In this document: piece by piece, positions 21,381-32,366 of the stretch
How the letters are laid out: each line of letters opens with the position of its first letter
Position numbering within the stretch: position 1 is the first letter of the stretch
From: an uncultured delta proteobacterium
GTDB lineage: Bacteria > Desulfobacterota > Desulfomonilia > UBA1062
Direction: 5' to 3'
Length of the DNA stretch: 64,000 nucleotides
Assembly (NCBI GenBank): GCA_963752595.1
Contig: CAVVYZ010000017.1
Span: 64,001-128,000, forward strand
Notes under the pieces: generated by a model
What the model was told of the DNA's origin: nothing
What the model saw: only the letters and a program-made list of their open reading frames with translations
The model's database searches: none
Program-made: the position numbers and the translations under genes

Positions 21381-22704
21381 CCCGTTCATCAGGAGGATTT
21401 CAGATCTCCTGCCTGCCGGCACCTACATCGTGGGGGGGTGCATCAGGGATATGCTCCTGGGACGTGACCCGTTGGACCTTGACCTCGTTACGTATTCGAA
21501 TATCGAAGATCTCGCCGGAAGCATTGCATCAAGAATACATTCCAGGCCTTTCTGGATGGACGTGAATCGAGGTGTTCTGCGCATTGCCGTAAAAGGCGGC
21601 GGAAGCCTCGACATCTCGAAACCCAAAGGCAAAAATATCGAAGAGGACCTTTTCTCCCGCGATCTCACCATCAATGCCATGGCATATGAGATATCCGAAG
21701 GGATATTCCTCGATCCTGCCTCAGGGCTCAAAGACCTCATGAGCGGGGTGGTAAGGTTCATCTCGGAACGCAACCTCCTGGATGATCCCTTGCGGGCGCT
21801 GCGTGCGGTCAGGTTTTCCGTTACCCTGGATTTTGCCCTCCAGGAGGAGACCTCACGGATAATCAGAAAGCATGCAGACCTTCTGAAGGCCGTTTCTCCC
21901 GAGCGGATAAAACAGGAAATTTTCCGAGCCCTCGATTCCGTCCACGGTGCAAAATTCTTCCGGCTCCTTGTGTGGACCGGGCTCATTCACTCCCTGTATC
22001 CCGGATCTCTCACCGGCACGCGTGACCTTCATCAGATCTGGCAGCCGATCTTTTCCCTTGCGTTACCCGTTTCCCTCGAGATGGACGGGCTCATCTATGC
22101 AGCCGATGCCCTCATGCCGGGGAGCAGCGCCGTCCTCGAGCAGGAAGAGGAAAGCCGGGTAAAGCGTGCAGCTCTGCTCCGGTTTACCGCGTTTCTCCTC
22201 GGCCTTAGGGATGCACGCAGGGAAGGCCCTGCGCATGAAGGTCCCGATGATGGAGATTCCTTTGCAGACCTGGCTGCCGGCTTCTGTACATCACTGCGGT
22301 TCTCTTCATCATCTACCCGGATGGTAAGGAACCTCCTGGCGCAGGTGAACGATACCCGGGCGATCCTTTCGCGGTCGGATGCGAGTCCCCTCGGTCTGTA
22401 TCGCTTCTGCGAGGAGGAGGCCGATTATCTGCCCGAGGCCCTTTTCCTGTCTCTTGCCTGGGCCCAGGCCCATAACGTGGTCCTGCGGCAGTGGGCTTCT
22501 GCAATCTGGGAATATTACCGCACTACGTACCTCGTCCAGAAAAAGACCCCGCTCGTTACGGGCAAAGATGTCATGGAAATACTGAAATCCCCTTCCGGCC
22601 CCCAAGTGGGAAGCCTTCTGCGGCAGATCGAGGAGGCACGTGCACAAGGAGTTGTACAGACACGCCGCGATGCACTGAAATTTCTGCAGGACATCACTGT
22701 CTGA
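21349..22704 (+). CDS. CCA-adding enzyme / poly(A) polymerase family nucleotidyltransferase
   Basis: YIVGGCIRD...DLDL, RDLTINAMA, DDPLRALRAVRF, SPERI and the C-terminal LVTGKD...GPQVG motifs. Confidence 0.88.
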   Translation: MHDLSRCVSSNPFIRRISDLLPAGTYIVGGCIRDMLLGRDPLDLDLVTYSNIEDLAGSIASRIHSRPFWMDVNRGVLRIAVKGGGSLDISKPKGKNIEEDLFSRDLTINAMAYEISEGIFLDPASGLKDLMSGVVRFISERNLLDDPLRALRAVRFSVTLDFALQEETSRIIRKHADLLKAVSPERIKQEIFRALDSVHGAKFFRLLVWTGLIHSLYPGSLTGTRDLHQIWQPIFSLALPVSLEMDGLIYAADALMPGSSAVLEQEEESRVKRAALLRFTAFLLGLRDARREGPAHEGPDDGDSFADLAAGFCTSLRFSSSSTRMVRNLLAQVNDTRAILSRSDASPLGLYRFCEEEADYLPEALFLSLAWAQAHNVVLRQWASAIWEYYRTTYLVQKKTPLVTGKDVMEILKSPSGPQVGSLLRQIEEARAQGVVQTRRDALKFLQDITV

Positions 22705-22796
22705 GATCAAATTATTTCCCGGCAAAATCCCTTTAATACGTTTAAAAGGGAGAGATCGTGGTTTTCATATGAACGTTGATTTGGTATAATTTTGTT

Positions 22797-23387
22797 ATGA
22801 ACGTAGACTCATGGATGGTGCGCAACCTCATCACGATAGGAAAAGATGCGGGAATCCGTGATGCCCTGATGGTAATGAAAAAATATTCAGTTCGGCACCT
22901 CCCGGTTGTGGAGAACGGTCTTTTCGTTTCGTCCGGAGACCTGAAGCAGGTGATCCTGGCATCCATGCTGGAGAACTTGAAAGTCAGCGACGTGATGCTT
23001 CAGAAACCCTATACCATTACCAAAGAAACCTCTCTGGACCGCGCCGCTCTGATCATCTTCGAGAAGAACATCGGCTGCCTTCCTGTCCTCGAGGAAGGAA
23101 AGATAATCGGGATCATCACGGTCAAAGACATCCTGAAGGCCTTCATAGAGATCATGGGGGTGCTGAAGGCCGGCTCCCGGCTCGACGTAGTCCTCAAGAA
23201 CGTTCACGGGTCGTTCGATGAGGTCGTAACGATCAGTGAGCGGTACGGCGGGTACATCATCAGTGTGGGCATGTCCATGAACGACGATGTGAATGCCCAT
23301 CACTTCCGGATTTCCGGAGGCGATACCGGGGCAATGGCGGAAGAGCTCTCGAATCTCGGGTATCGAGACGTCAAGGTAGTCCAGTAA
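22797..23387 (+). CDS. CBS-pair plus ACT-like domain protein (AcuB-like)
   Basis: Two CBS repeats (VRHLPVV; IGCLPV...GIITVKDIL) followed by an ACT-like tail. Confidence 0.8.
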   Translation: MNVDSWMVRNLITIGKDAGIRDALMVMKKYSVRHLPVVENGLFVSSGDLKQVILASMLENLKVSDVMLQKPYTITKETSLDRAALIIFEKNIGCLPVLEEGKIIGIITVKDILKAFIEIMGVLKAGSRLDVVLKNVHGSFDEVVTISERYGGYIISVGMSMNDDVNAHHFRISGGDTGAMAEELSNLGYRDVKVVQ

Positions 23388-23667
23388 TACCGAGCCGCTT
23401 TTTTACCTCATCGGGCCCGACCCCGCTCAGCAAGAGCACCTTCGTCCTTCCCTTTTCCCCCATGCGGATCGAAATCCTGGTCTTTGCCAGGTTAAGGCGC
23501 TCCGAAAGGAATTTTATGAGAGCCTTGTTCGCCTTTCCCTCGACGGCAGGGGCGTTCAGATGAATGACCAGCCGGTCATCCCGCGGGGGATCGAGGGAAT
23601 CCTTCCGGGCATTGGGGTGGATCCTGCATACGAGGATGGTCCCATTACTGCTTTCCCGGATCCACAT
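23371..23667 (-). CDS. DUF167 (YggU) family protein
   Basis: HPNAR, APAVEGKANKAL, GEKGRTK; part of the yggT-divIVA-yggU cluster. Confidence 0.88.
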   Translation of the reverse strand: MWIRESSNGTILVCRIHPNARKDSLDPPRDDRLVIHLNAPAVEGKANKALIKFLSERLNLAKTRISIRMGEKGRTKVLLLSGVGPDEVKKRLGITGLP

Positions 23668-24175
23668 GGGTCATCTCTTTGGTCCAGTTCTGATAGGATT
23701 CAATAACCGACTTGAGCTCGGCAAAGAGGTTCATCCGTTTGACCTTGATCTCCATGATTTCTTTTTCCAGGGTTGCCTTTGTATGCTGCGCGTCTTCGAG
23801 GATCTCGCGAGACCTCTTGCCGGCCTCTTCCTCCATCTCGCCGGCCTTCTGTTCCGCCTCTTCTATCTTCTGCTGGGCTTCGGCTATTATGGCCGCTGCA
23901 TTATTCTTTGCTTCGGCGAGCATGACACTCGATTCCTGCTCGGCGATCCGCCTCTTTTCATCAGAGAATTGCTTGGCGGAGAGGAAAATGTCTTCAAGGT
24001 CCCGCTGCTTGCTTCGCAATGTTTCGATTTCGCTTTTGAGGAGATTGTTCTCTTCCATTATCTCTTCTATGTCCTCCGCGATTCCCATGAGAAAGTTGAC
24101 GACTTCTTCCTTATCAAATCCGGAGAATTTCACCCGGAAGCGCTGCTCCCTTACCATTTCAGGTGTTAAATGCAT
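23645..24175 (-). CDS. divIVA: DivIVA-domain coiled-coil protein
   Basis: LTPEMVREQRFRVKFSGFDKEEVVNFL followed by a long coiled coil. Confidence 0.88.
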   Translation of the reverse strand: MHLTPEMVREQRFRVKFSGFDKEEVVNFLMGIAEDIEEIMEENNLLKSEIETLRSKQRDLEDIFLSAKQFSDEKRRIAEQESSVMLAEAKNNAAAIIAEAQQKIEEAEQKAGEMEEEAGKRSREILEDAQHTKATLEKEIMEIKVKRMNLFAELKSVIESYQNWTKEMTHVDPGKQ

Positions 24176-24771
24176 TAAAAGCCCCCTTTCAATTTTAGAT
24201 TCAGCCCCATCTGGATGAGACTATGTGAAACCAGGCTGTTCACGATAAGAATGATGACGATCACCAGAGCAGGGGAGAGATCGATCCCGCCGAATACCAG
24301 CGGAAGCCGCCTGCGGAACCAGGAGAATAAGGGCTCCGTGAATGCGGAGAGGATGCGCACGATGGGATTGTATGGATTGGGGCTCACGAATGAGATGACC
24401 GCTGCAATGATAACGATCATGAGATAGAAATTCAGGAGCATGATGATCGACTGGCCTGCGCCGATGAGGATGTTCGCTACAACATTTCCACCTTCCATGA
24501 GCGACGGGACAAAGGCGCTGTCGATAAAGGTGATGATCGCAATAGCTATGACGGGCGAGAAATCGATCCCGCCCACGATCAGCGGCAGATTCCTCCTGAG
24601 CCAGAAAAACAGAGGGTCTGTAACCCTGCGGAGAAACCGGACGATGGGGTTGAACGGATCAGGGTTCACCCAAGAGATCAATGCGCCGATGACAATGATC
24701 CATAAGTAAATGTTCAGTCCGATATGCAGTATTTGCCCGACTACGGTAAGGAGATTGTTCATCCCATCCAT
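24175..24771 (-). CDS. yggT: YggT family membrane protein (two YGGT repeats)
   Basis: Two copies of (W/F)V(N/S)P(D/N)P(F/Y)NPIVR...T(D/E)PL...GGID(F/L)SP. Confidence 0.9.
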   Translation of the reverse strand: MDGMNNLLTVVGQILHIGLNIYLWIIVIGALISWVNPDPFNPIVRFLRRVTDPLFFWLRRNLPLIVGGIDFSPVIAIAIITFIDSAFVPSLMEGGNVVANILIGAGQSIIMLLNFYLMIVIIAAVISFVSPNPYNPIVRILSAFTEPLFSWFRRRLPLVFGGIDLSPALVIVIILIVNSLVSHSLIQMGLNLKLKGGF

Positions 24772-24934
24772 GCTTCCCTCCCGGAATGCTCATAGGGAAA
24801 ATATCCATTCCTCTATTGCCGTTTTCGTGATGAGAATGCAAGGGTTTTTCAGGAAGAAGAAAGCTGACTTCCCAATGCCCCTGATGCAAGAAACCCTGCT
24901 TGCGATCCCAGACAAGCTCTGATAAATCTAAATT

Positions 24935-27900
24935 GTGAAGTTGAAGAGGGTTGAAATCAAGGGCTTCAAATCAATTGCCAAAAAAACATCCCTGTCCATT
25001 GCGGATGGCATCACCTGTATAGCCGGACCCAATGGATGCGGGAAGAGCAATATTATCGACGCAGTACGTTGGTCGCTGGGCGAGCAGTCGAACAGATCTC
25101 TGCGAGCCGGATCCATGAACGAAGTGATATTTTCCGGTACCCAGGATACAGGCCCCGGCTCCATGGCTGAGGTGACGCTCGAATTCGTGCGGGACAGCGG
25201 TTATTTTCCCAAGACCCTCGACGGGTTCGAAGAGGTCTCCATCACCAGGAGACTCTTCACCTCGGGTGAGAGCGTCTATTCCTTAAACGGCGTCAAATGC
25301 CGGCTCAAGGATATCACCGACCTCTTCCTGGATACCGGCCTTGACCGTCATGGATACGCTATTGTCGAACAGGGCAAGGTAAAGGACATCATCCAGTCCC
25401 GTCCGGAAGACATCCGCTACCTCATCGAAGAAGCTGCCGAGGTCGGCAAGTTCCGCATCAAACGCATCGATGCCGTGAAACGCCTGGAGGCGACGGCCGT
25501 CAACCTCGACCGTGTCAAGGATCTCCTCTCTGAGGTATCGATGCAGAGGGACGACCTGAAGTCCCAGGCGAACAAGGCCCGCAGGTATCAGGGCGTACGC
25601 TCGGAGATAAATGAACTTACAAAGATTCTGTGGGCATACGAGATCGGGAAGATCAAGGACAGGAAGACAAAACTCGAAATCGAGAGCGTTGAGATAGGCG
25701 GGCGTCTCGATGCTTTTAAAAGGCAGCATGAGGAATATGTACAGGTACTGAAGGAGCATGACACGAAGGCTTCGGTAATCCGTCAGAAGATCGAGGATGT
25801 CAGGCGGGAAATGAATGAAGCGCAGTCGAGAGAACTCCTGGCCCTCAGAGAGATAGAGGGAAGCGAGAACAGGAAACAGGATATCTCTTCGACGCTGGAC
25901 ATGCTTCAAGCCCGCATCGAGCAGATGGGCCGCACAAGGGAGGATCTCTCAAAAAAGCAGGAGCAGGGAACGATGGAACTGGAAAACCTCCTGCAGGAGA
26001 TCTCTCGGCTTAAAGGGGAGATGGACTCCCGTTCCGGGCACCTTGAGGCCGCCAGGACGGCATACCAGAAACTTGAAAACGAGTACAACCAGGGGAGGGC
26101 CGGGCTCTTCGATGCAATCGGTCATGCCAGGGCTGTGGACCAGAGAACGGCCTCCATGGAAACCAGGAGCCAGGAGATCGTATCCAACTCGGAAAAGAGG
26201 GGAAAAGACCTCGCCGAGCTCTCCGAAAAGCGGGCAGCCCTGGAGGAGAGATTGAATTCCCTGGAGGCAGAGCTCGCTTTGAAGCGGGCAGGAAAAGATG
26301 ACCTCGATGCCGCCATCCATACCCTGGACGAACGCATCCAGGGATTACAGACGGAGATCGAGGCGTGCTCGCATGAAGTGGTGGGCCTCGAGAAGACGCA
26401 TGCTCACCTCCTGGCCAAGATCTCCATGCTCGATCGCATCATCAAATCGAGCACCATGCCCATCCCTCCCGATCTGTCCAGGCTCAACGGGTCAAAGCGC
26501 GTTGCTGATGCCTTGCGGGTCAAGGCAGGGTTCGAGGAGACAGTAGGCAGGTCCATGGGTAGCACGCTCGATTACCTGATAGTTCATGATCATAAAGAGA
26601 TCCTGGAGTATGAGGCCATCCAGGATGGAGGCCCGGGATACATCCCCAAAAAGCCCCATTTGGAAAACGGGTGGGGGAAGAAGCACCCCAAGGGCAAGGG
26701 TGTCATTGCCCCCTTGAGCGAGCTCGTAGAGGCGCATGAGGGGTACGAGGACGTCATTCATGCCTTGTCCCGGGACATGGTGGTGGTGGAAGACATCCAT
26801 TGCGCGATCTTGCTGTGGAACGAGGGCAAGAGGTCATGCTCACTCGTCGCGAAAGACGGAACCATCCTTGAACCGACAGGGGTGGTCCGAACCACTGCCG
26901 CAATGGAAAAATACGCTGAAGGCTTGAAGGCCAAGGCGGAAATGCAAGAGACGGAAAAACAGAAGATTTTTCTGGAACAGGACATAGCAGGCAGGAGCGA
27001 AAGACTTCACTCGCTAAGGGCAGAGCTTCAAAGGCTGAAGCAGGAACTCGATGGAGCAAGAGAAAAAGATCGGGAGATGAAGGCCCAAATCGATGCACTG
27101 ACGGAAAAGAGGCATGGCGAAGCCAGGGAGATGGACCGGTTCTCCGAACGTGAGCTCTCTTTCCGCCGCGACATCGAGATGTGGAATGACATGGCGAAAA
27201 AGCTCAGCGGTGACCTTTCTTCCCTTGCCCTTGAAAAAGAGAAACTCGACTGCCGGATCGAGATGCTGCAGGAAGAGGTGCGGAATCTCGAGGCTGGAAG
27301 GCTTTCGGCAAAGCAGACCCTCGATCAGGCGCAGAGTGCGATCGGCGCTCATGCGACGAGGATGGGCGCACTCAAGGTCCTGATTTCCTCAAAGCAGGAG
27401 ATGCTCCAGGCGGTCGAAGAGCAGATCGAGGGCATATCCCGGGAGATTGCAGGGGACGAAGCCAAGAGAAGAGAGCTTCAATCCACCAGGGATACGGTCC
27501 TGGATGCCCTGGAAAAGGCAAAGGCAGGGCTGGCGAGGGCCGGGGAGGAGACGCTGAAAGCCGGCGATCTTTTGAAGGAGCTCCTGCCCGAATACGATGA
27601 GGTAGCGGACACCCTGAACTCCCTCACGCGGAACAGGGAAGAGTGCCGGGAAAACCTCGACCTGCTCGAAAAGTCGAGAAGCGATATCATGCTCAAAGGC
27701 AAGGAGCTGGAGATCTCCCTGTCTATGGGGCTGGAGCGTTTCAATTCCCGGTTTGCCAAAGAGCCGCTGCCTCCGGTCCCGGACCATTTCAACCCCGACG
27801 AGGCGCGGGAAAAGGTGGAGAGGGCAGAGGCCAGGATCGAGAAGATGGGACAGATCAACTTCGCATCCCTCGATGCCTATGAGCAGGTCGCAGGCCAGGT

Positions 27901-28443
27901 GGGATGATCTCCACCGGCAGTACGAGGATGTCGTCCAGGCAAGCACCCGGCTGAAAGAAGTCATTGCCGGCATCGAGCAGCAGAGCATGAAGGCATTTAT
28001 GGCCACCTTCGAGCTGATAAAGACCCATTTCCAGGAGCTCTTCACCACCATGTTCGGAGGCGGGAAAGGCGGATCTCGTCCTCGCTGAGGGCAATCCCCT
28101 GGAGGCCGGAGTAGAGATCCTCGCCTGCCCGCCGTTCAAGAAACTCAAGTCCATGAGCCTGCTCTCGGAAGGTGAAAAGACCTTGTGCGCTCTGAGCTTT
28201 ATCTTTGCCCTGTTCAAGGTGAGGCCGTCACCTTTCTGTATTCTCGACGAGGTGGATGCGCCGCTGGACGATGCCAATGTGATCCGCTTTAACCGCCTGA
28301 TCCGCTCGTTTTCAAGCGCTTCCCAGTTCATCATGGTCACCCATAACAGGCACACCATGGAAATGGCGGATGTTCTCTACGGAGTGACCTTTGATGTACC
28401 CGGGGTGAGCAAGGTGGTATCCATGGTCCTCCAGGACCTGTAA
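24935..28443 (+). CDS. smc: Chromosome segregation protein SMC, two apparent frameshifts (~27890, ~28063)
   Basis: GFKS, GPNGCGKSN (Walker A), IVEQG, long coiled coils, LSEGEK, ILDEVDAPLD (Walker B), VTHN. Confidence 0.92.
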
Positions 28444-28570
28444 GAGATAAAAAGTTCTCAATTCTGAGAAAACATTTTCCTGTTCGATCGAAAACGCTTG
28501 AAAAATCCTTTTATTTCCCATATGCAAGCTGTGCACATATATTGCAAAGAGAAAATACAAGGATAGAGGT

Positions 28571-29551
28571 ATGCCTCGGGTTATTTCGATCACATCAGGG
28601 AAAGGTGGCGTGGGCAAAAGTAACTTTGTGCTCAACGTCGGCATTTGCCTTGCCATGATGGATCACCGCGTTCAGATCCTCGATGCCGACCTTGGACTTG
28701 CCAATATCGATGTGCTCCTGGGTATCAGGGCCGGCAAGACCCTCGAAGATGTGGTCTTCGGGCGTGTCGAGGCCAAAGACATCCTGGTAAAAACAGACTA
28801 CAAGGTGGAGCTGATCCCCGGCTGCTCAGGCGTCCAGGATATGGCCGACCTCAAGCAGGAAGAGATAGAAGGCCTCGTACAAAAAGTCGTGACGCTGTCG
28901 GATTCTGCCGAATACCTGCTCGTTGACACCGCATCAGGCATCTCAGCGGGTGTTATCTCGTTCCTTCTTGCATCACCGGAGGTAATCGTGGGCGTCAGTC
29001 CGGAGCCGACAAGCCTGACCGATGCCTATGCAATGATCAAGGTGCTCCGGAAGAACGACTATCACGGCAGGATATCCATGTTTTCGAGCATGGTGAAGAA
29101 CAGCACATCCGGTCATGCCCTGTACAAGAAAATAGCTTCCGCCTCCCAGCGCTTCCTCGATACGCACGTGGAATACCTGGGGAGCGTGTATCAGGACGAA
29201 AAGCTCTCAAAAGCGGTGAACGATCAGGTCCCTGCCGTAGTCCGATACCCCACGTCCGATATTTCCCGGTGTTACAGGGTTATTGCCTTGACGCTCCTTG
29301 GCCAGGAGCCTTCCGAAGTGGACCAGGAGAAGTTCTGGACCCGCCTCATTGCGATGCTCTCGAAGGTTTCGAGACCAAGGGTCATGAAGGCTGTTTCGTT
29401 CAACGGCGAAGAGGTCAACGGTACTATCGAGAACACCATTCACGATATCCTTGATGAGCAACGCAAGACCCGGCTCCTCCTGGAACGGCTCGTTGCGAAG
29501 GTCGAGCAGGGTGCGCCGGTTTCAAGGCTGAAAACCGGTCCATTAATATGA
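28571..29551 (+). CDS. MinD/ParA family ATPase, FlhG/FleN-like, with C-terminal extension
   Basis: SGKGGVGKS, DADLGLANID, PEPTSLTDAYAMIK. Confidence 0.85.
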   Translation: MPRVISITSGKGGVGKSNFVLNVGICLAMMDHRVQILDADLGLANIDVLLGIRAGKTLEDVVFGRVEAKDILVKTDYKVELIPGCSGVQDMADLKQEEIEGLVQKVVTLSDSAEYLLVDTASGISAGVISFLLASPEVIVGVSPEPTSLTDAYAMIKVLRKNDYHGRISMFSSMVKNSTSGHALYKKIASASQRFLDTHVEYLGSVYQDEKLSKAVNDQVPAVVRYPTSDISRCYRVIALTLLGQEPSEVDQEKFWTRLIAMLSKVSRPRVMKAVSFNGEEVNGTIENTIHDILDEQRKTRLLLERLVAKVEQGAPVSRLKTGPLI

Positions 29552-30042
29552 TCTCGCCCTATGATACCCCCTGCGGCAGACTTTGGGTTTCAGGAGATAG
29601 CGATACGATTCACCAGGTGAGCTGGGAAGTCATCGACGGCGTTCCCCATCAGGGCGAGCTCGACTGGTTCCTTTCTTCCCTGGACAGCTATTTTTCCCAT
29701 ACGGCCGAGAGTTTTCCCGGTACGCTTTCTTTCCGGGGTACACAGCCCCTCTGGAAAAGTACAGGAAAGCCCGTCCCTCCCCAGAACCTTCACCAGCGAG
29801 TCCTTCACGCCATATCCTGTATCCCCTTCGGTCATCCGGCAGCCTATGGCGAGATAGCGGCCGGCATCGGAAACCCTGGGCTCGCCAGGTTCGTAGGGCA
29901 GGTGTGCAAGCACAATCCGCTCGCCATAGTCGTTCCGTGCCACCGTGTCGTTGCCAAAGGATCCCTCGGAGGGTACAGCCCATGCCTGTTCAGGAAGGAA
30001 ATCCTCCTGAAGCACGAAGGGGTCGATATCGGAAGCCTTTAG
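29548..30042 (+). CDS. ogt: Methylated-DNA-[protein]-cysteine S-methyltransferase
   Basis: IPFG..YG, NPLAIVVPCHRVV active site, LGGY, LLKHEG. Confidence 0.88.
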   Translation: MISPYDTPCGRLWVSGDSDTIHQVSWEVIDGVPHQGELDWFLSSLDSYFSHTAESFPGTLSFRGTQPLWKSTGKPVPPQNLHQRVLHAISCIPFGHPAAYGEIAAGIGNPGLARFVGQVCKHNPLAIVVPCHRVVAKGSLGGYSPCLFRKEILLKHEGVDIGSL

Positions 30043-30130
30043 CACACAAGGCTTTACCTCCTCCTCAGTTTATTATATTATTTTAAGCTATATTTGACAA
30101 AGAACAGGCAAAAGGCATACGCTAACATCC

Positions 30131-30874
30131 ATGATTGAGAGTCTCATCAAGGCAGTATCCGAAGAAGATCGCAGCAGAAAGGTCTTAAACGCGGTTCTCG
30201 GGCTGGGCTATACCGCTGTAGAAGTGGAAGGCAAGGGTGTCGGATTGAGCGCCAACATTTCCCCTGTTCCCGCCGGATGTACCGTATTCCGGAAGGCGGG
30301 CTCGCTCAAGGGGTCGCCTGCGGGAGAGGTTCTCGATCTGGGCTTAGAGAATGATCTCATCAGCCGCTCGCTCAGCCTCGCAGCGTTCAATGCCGTCAAC
30401 AACAGCCTCTCGCAAGGATACGAGGGGGATGTCTTCGCCAAGATCTCGGTCCGTGAAGGGGACAGGGCAGCCATGGTGGGTTTCATGGCACCGGTCGCCC
30501 GGATGCTACAGGAACGGGGTTTGACGGTGGATGCCTTCGAGCTCAAGGATACGAAAGATGATTGCATCCGTCCCGCTGATGAAATGCAGCAGGCCCTAAT
30601 GCAGGCAGACATTGTTATCCTCACTGCGACAACGCTCATCAACGGGAGCCTGGGAGATGTCCTCAAGATGCCTGTCAAGGCACGGGATGTAATCCTCATG
30701 GGACCGTCTGTACCCATGGCTCCTTTGCTGTTCTCGGCAACACCGATTACTTTTCTTGCCGGCAGCCGGGTCATCAATGGGGAAAAAACGCTTCGAATCG
30801 TTATGGAGGGCGGGGGAACGGAAGTACTGTACCGCCAAGGCGCCATGAAGAAGATCATCCAGGAGGTACGGTAG
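30131..30874 (+). CDS. DUF364 / Rossmann-like putative heavy-metal chelation protein
   Basis: AMVGFMAP, ADIVILTATTLINGSL, ILMGPSVP, VMEGGG pattern; directly upstream of moaA. Confidence 0.75.
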   Translation: MIESLIKAVSEEDRSRKVLNAVLGLGYTAVEVEGKGVGLSANISPVPAGCTVFRKAGSLKGSPAGEVLDLGLENDLISRSLSLAAFNAVNNSLSQGYEGDVFAKISVREGDRAAMVGFMAPVARMLQERGLTVDAFELKDTKDDCIRPADEMQQALMQADIVILTATTLINGSLGDVLKMPVKARDVILMGPSVPMAPLLFSATPITFLAGSRVINGEKTLRIVMEGGGTEVLYRQGAMKKIIQEVR

Positions 30875-31876
30875 GTGAAACCCCTAATCGATGCGCATGG
30901 AAGGCAGATCCGCTACGTGAGAATTTCTGTTACGGACCGGTGCAATCTGCGGTGTAAATACTGCATGCCCGCATCCGGGGTCGAGTGGATCCCACATGAG
31001 CGTATCATGCGCTACGAAGAGCTTTTGCGGATAGCGCGCATCTGCTCCTCTCGGGGTGTGGAAAAAGTACGGATTACCGGAGGCGAACCGCTGCTGCGGA
31101 AGGGCATTACGGACTTTATCCGGTGCATCCGGAAGATGGAGGGAATCCAGGATCTCTCGCTGACTACAAACGGTGTGCTGCTGTCATCCATGGCGCATGA
31201 GTTGCAAAACGCCGGCCTGCACCGGCTGAACATAAGTCTCGACACCCTTGACCGTGAAAAATTTATCCGTATAACCGGCGTAGACGCCTTTGAAAGGGTC
31301 GTTGCCGGGATAAAGAAAGCAGTCGATTTGGGGTTTTCGCCGATTAAGATCAATGCAGTGGCCATCAGGGGCATCAATGACGACGAGATCCCATCATTCG
31401 CCGATCTGACGTTGCGGGATGATGTTGAAATCCGCTTTATCGAGCTCATGCCCATGGGGTGCGCGACCCGCTACGGGGATCATGATATTATCGGCTCATC
31501 AGAGATCCGCGGCATGATCGAAGAGAGGTTCGGGGCACTTGAAAGCATCGAATACAACCACGGCCCTGCCCGGGTATTCAGGATCAAAGGCGCCAAGGGC
31601 ATGATCGGAATCATCGGCGCCATGAGCGAGCATACCTTCTGCAGCAGGTGCAACCGCATCAGGATCACGGCGAACGGACATTTAAGGCCATGCCTTTTCT
31701 CGGAAAAAGATATCGATCTGCTCACACCCATGAGGCAGGGGATTCCCGATTCCGAGCTCGAAGCCATGATCGAAGAAGGGGTGAGGATGAAAAAATTGAA
31801 CCACGGCCTCTGTGCAGGAAAATCCGCAACGCCTGGCCAGGGCTGCAAGACGATGATGAATACCCTGGGGGGCTAG
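30875..31876 (+). CDS. moaA: GTP 3',8-cyclase MoaA
   Basis: RISVTDRCNLRCKYCMP, C-terminal CSRCNRIR...PCL cluster and terminal GG. Confidence 0.96.
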   Translation: MKPLIDAHGRQIRYVRISVTDRCNLRCKYCMPASGVEWIPHERIMRYEELLRIARICSSRGVEKVRITGGEPLLRKGITDFIRCIRKMEGIQDLSLTTNGVLLSSMAHELQNAGLHRLNISLDTLDREKFIRITGVDAFERVVAGIKKAVDLGFSPIKINAVAIRGINDDEIPSFADLTLRDDVEIRFIELMPMGCATRYGDHDIIGSSEIRGMIEERFGALESIEYNHGPARVFRIKGAKGMIGIIGAMSEHTFCSRCNRIRITANGHLRPCLFSEKDIDLLTPMRQGIPDSELEAMIEEGVRMKKLNHGLCAGKSATPGQGCKTMMNTLGG

Positions 31877-32229
31877 AGAGCTGCCTGTTTGCGAGCCGAA
31901 TCGACCATCTTCGCAAAAGAGAGCAGATCTTTCCGGAAGAGGATCTTGTTCGTATTGAGGAACGAGAGCCCGGACATCTTCTCAGGGTCCTTTTTCCTCG
32001 ATGCCCAGACAACCTTGCAGTACAGGGAGATGTTGGGCGTCTCCTCGGGAAAGTCGATCTCGAGGCGGACAACGGAACCCACGGGGAAATCGGCTCCGCA
32101 GATGCATACGCCCTCTTCGGAGGCATTGAGGATGGTAACGGGTTTCAGGGTTTCAAAGAGCTCGACGGACCCGCTCAGTTTCGGAAGGCTGATTCTTTCA
32201 TATATGCGTTTTTCTTTCTGGTTGCCCAT
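31873..32229 (-). CDS. Stand-alone PilZ-domain protein
   Basis: KRIYER (RxxxR) and NASEEG (NxSxxG), plus CKVVW and GLSF. Confidence 0.8.
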   Translation of the reverse strand: MGNQKEKRIYERISLPKLSGSVELFETLKPVTILNASEEGVCICGADFPVGSVVRLEIDFPEETPNISLYCKVVWASRKKDPEKMSGLSFLNTNKILFRKDLLSFAKMVDSARKQAAL

Positions 32230-32366
32230 AATTTATCCATTACCTTGAAAACACAGTATATGTCAAGAGATGAAAGAGGGTATCTTACTTGCATTCAGCA
32301 AAAGCTCAGGCGTAAGATGAAAGTCATGCAGAGGGGCATGATGAAAAAAGGTGAAACGGGACGGGA

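Noticed and set aside
28530-28546. Sigma54 promoter upstream of the FlhG-like gene (TGTGCACATATATTGCA)
   Set aside because: Lacks the invariant GG dinucleotide.
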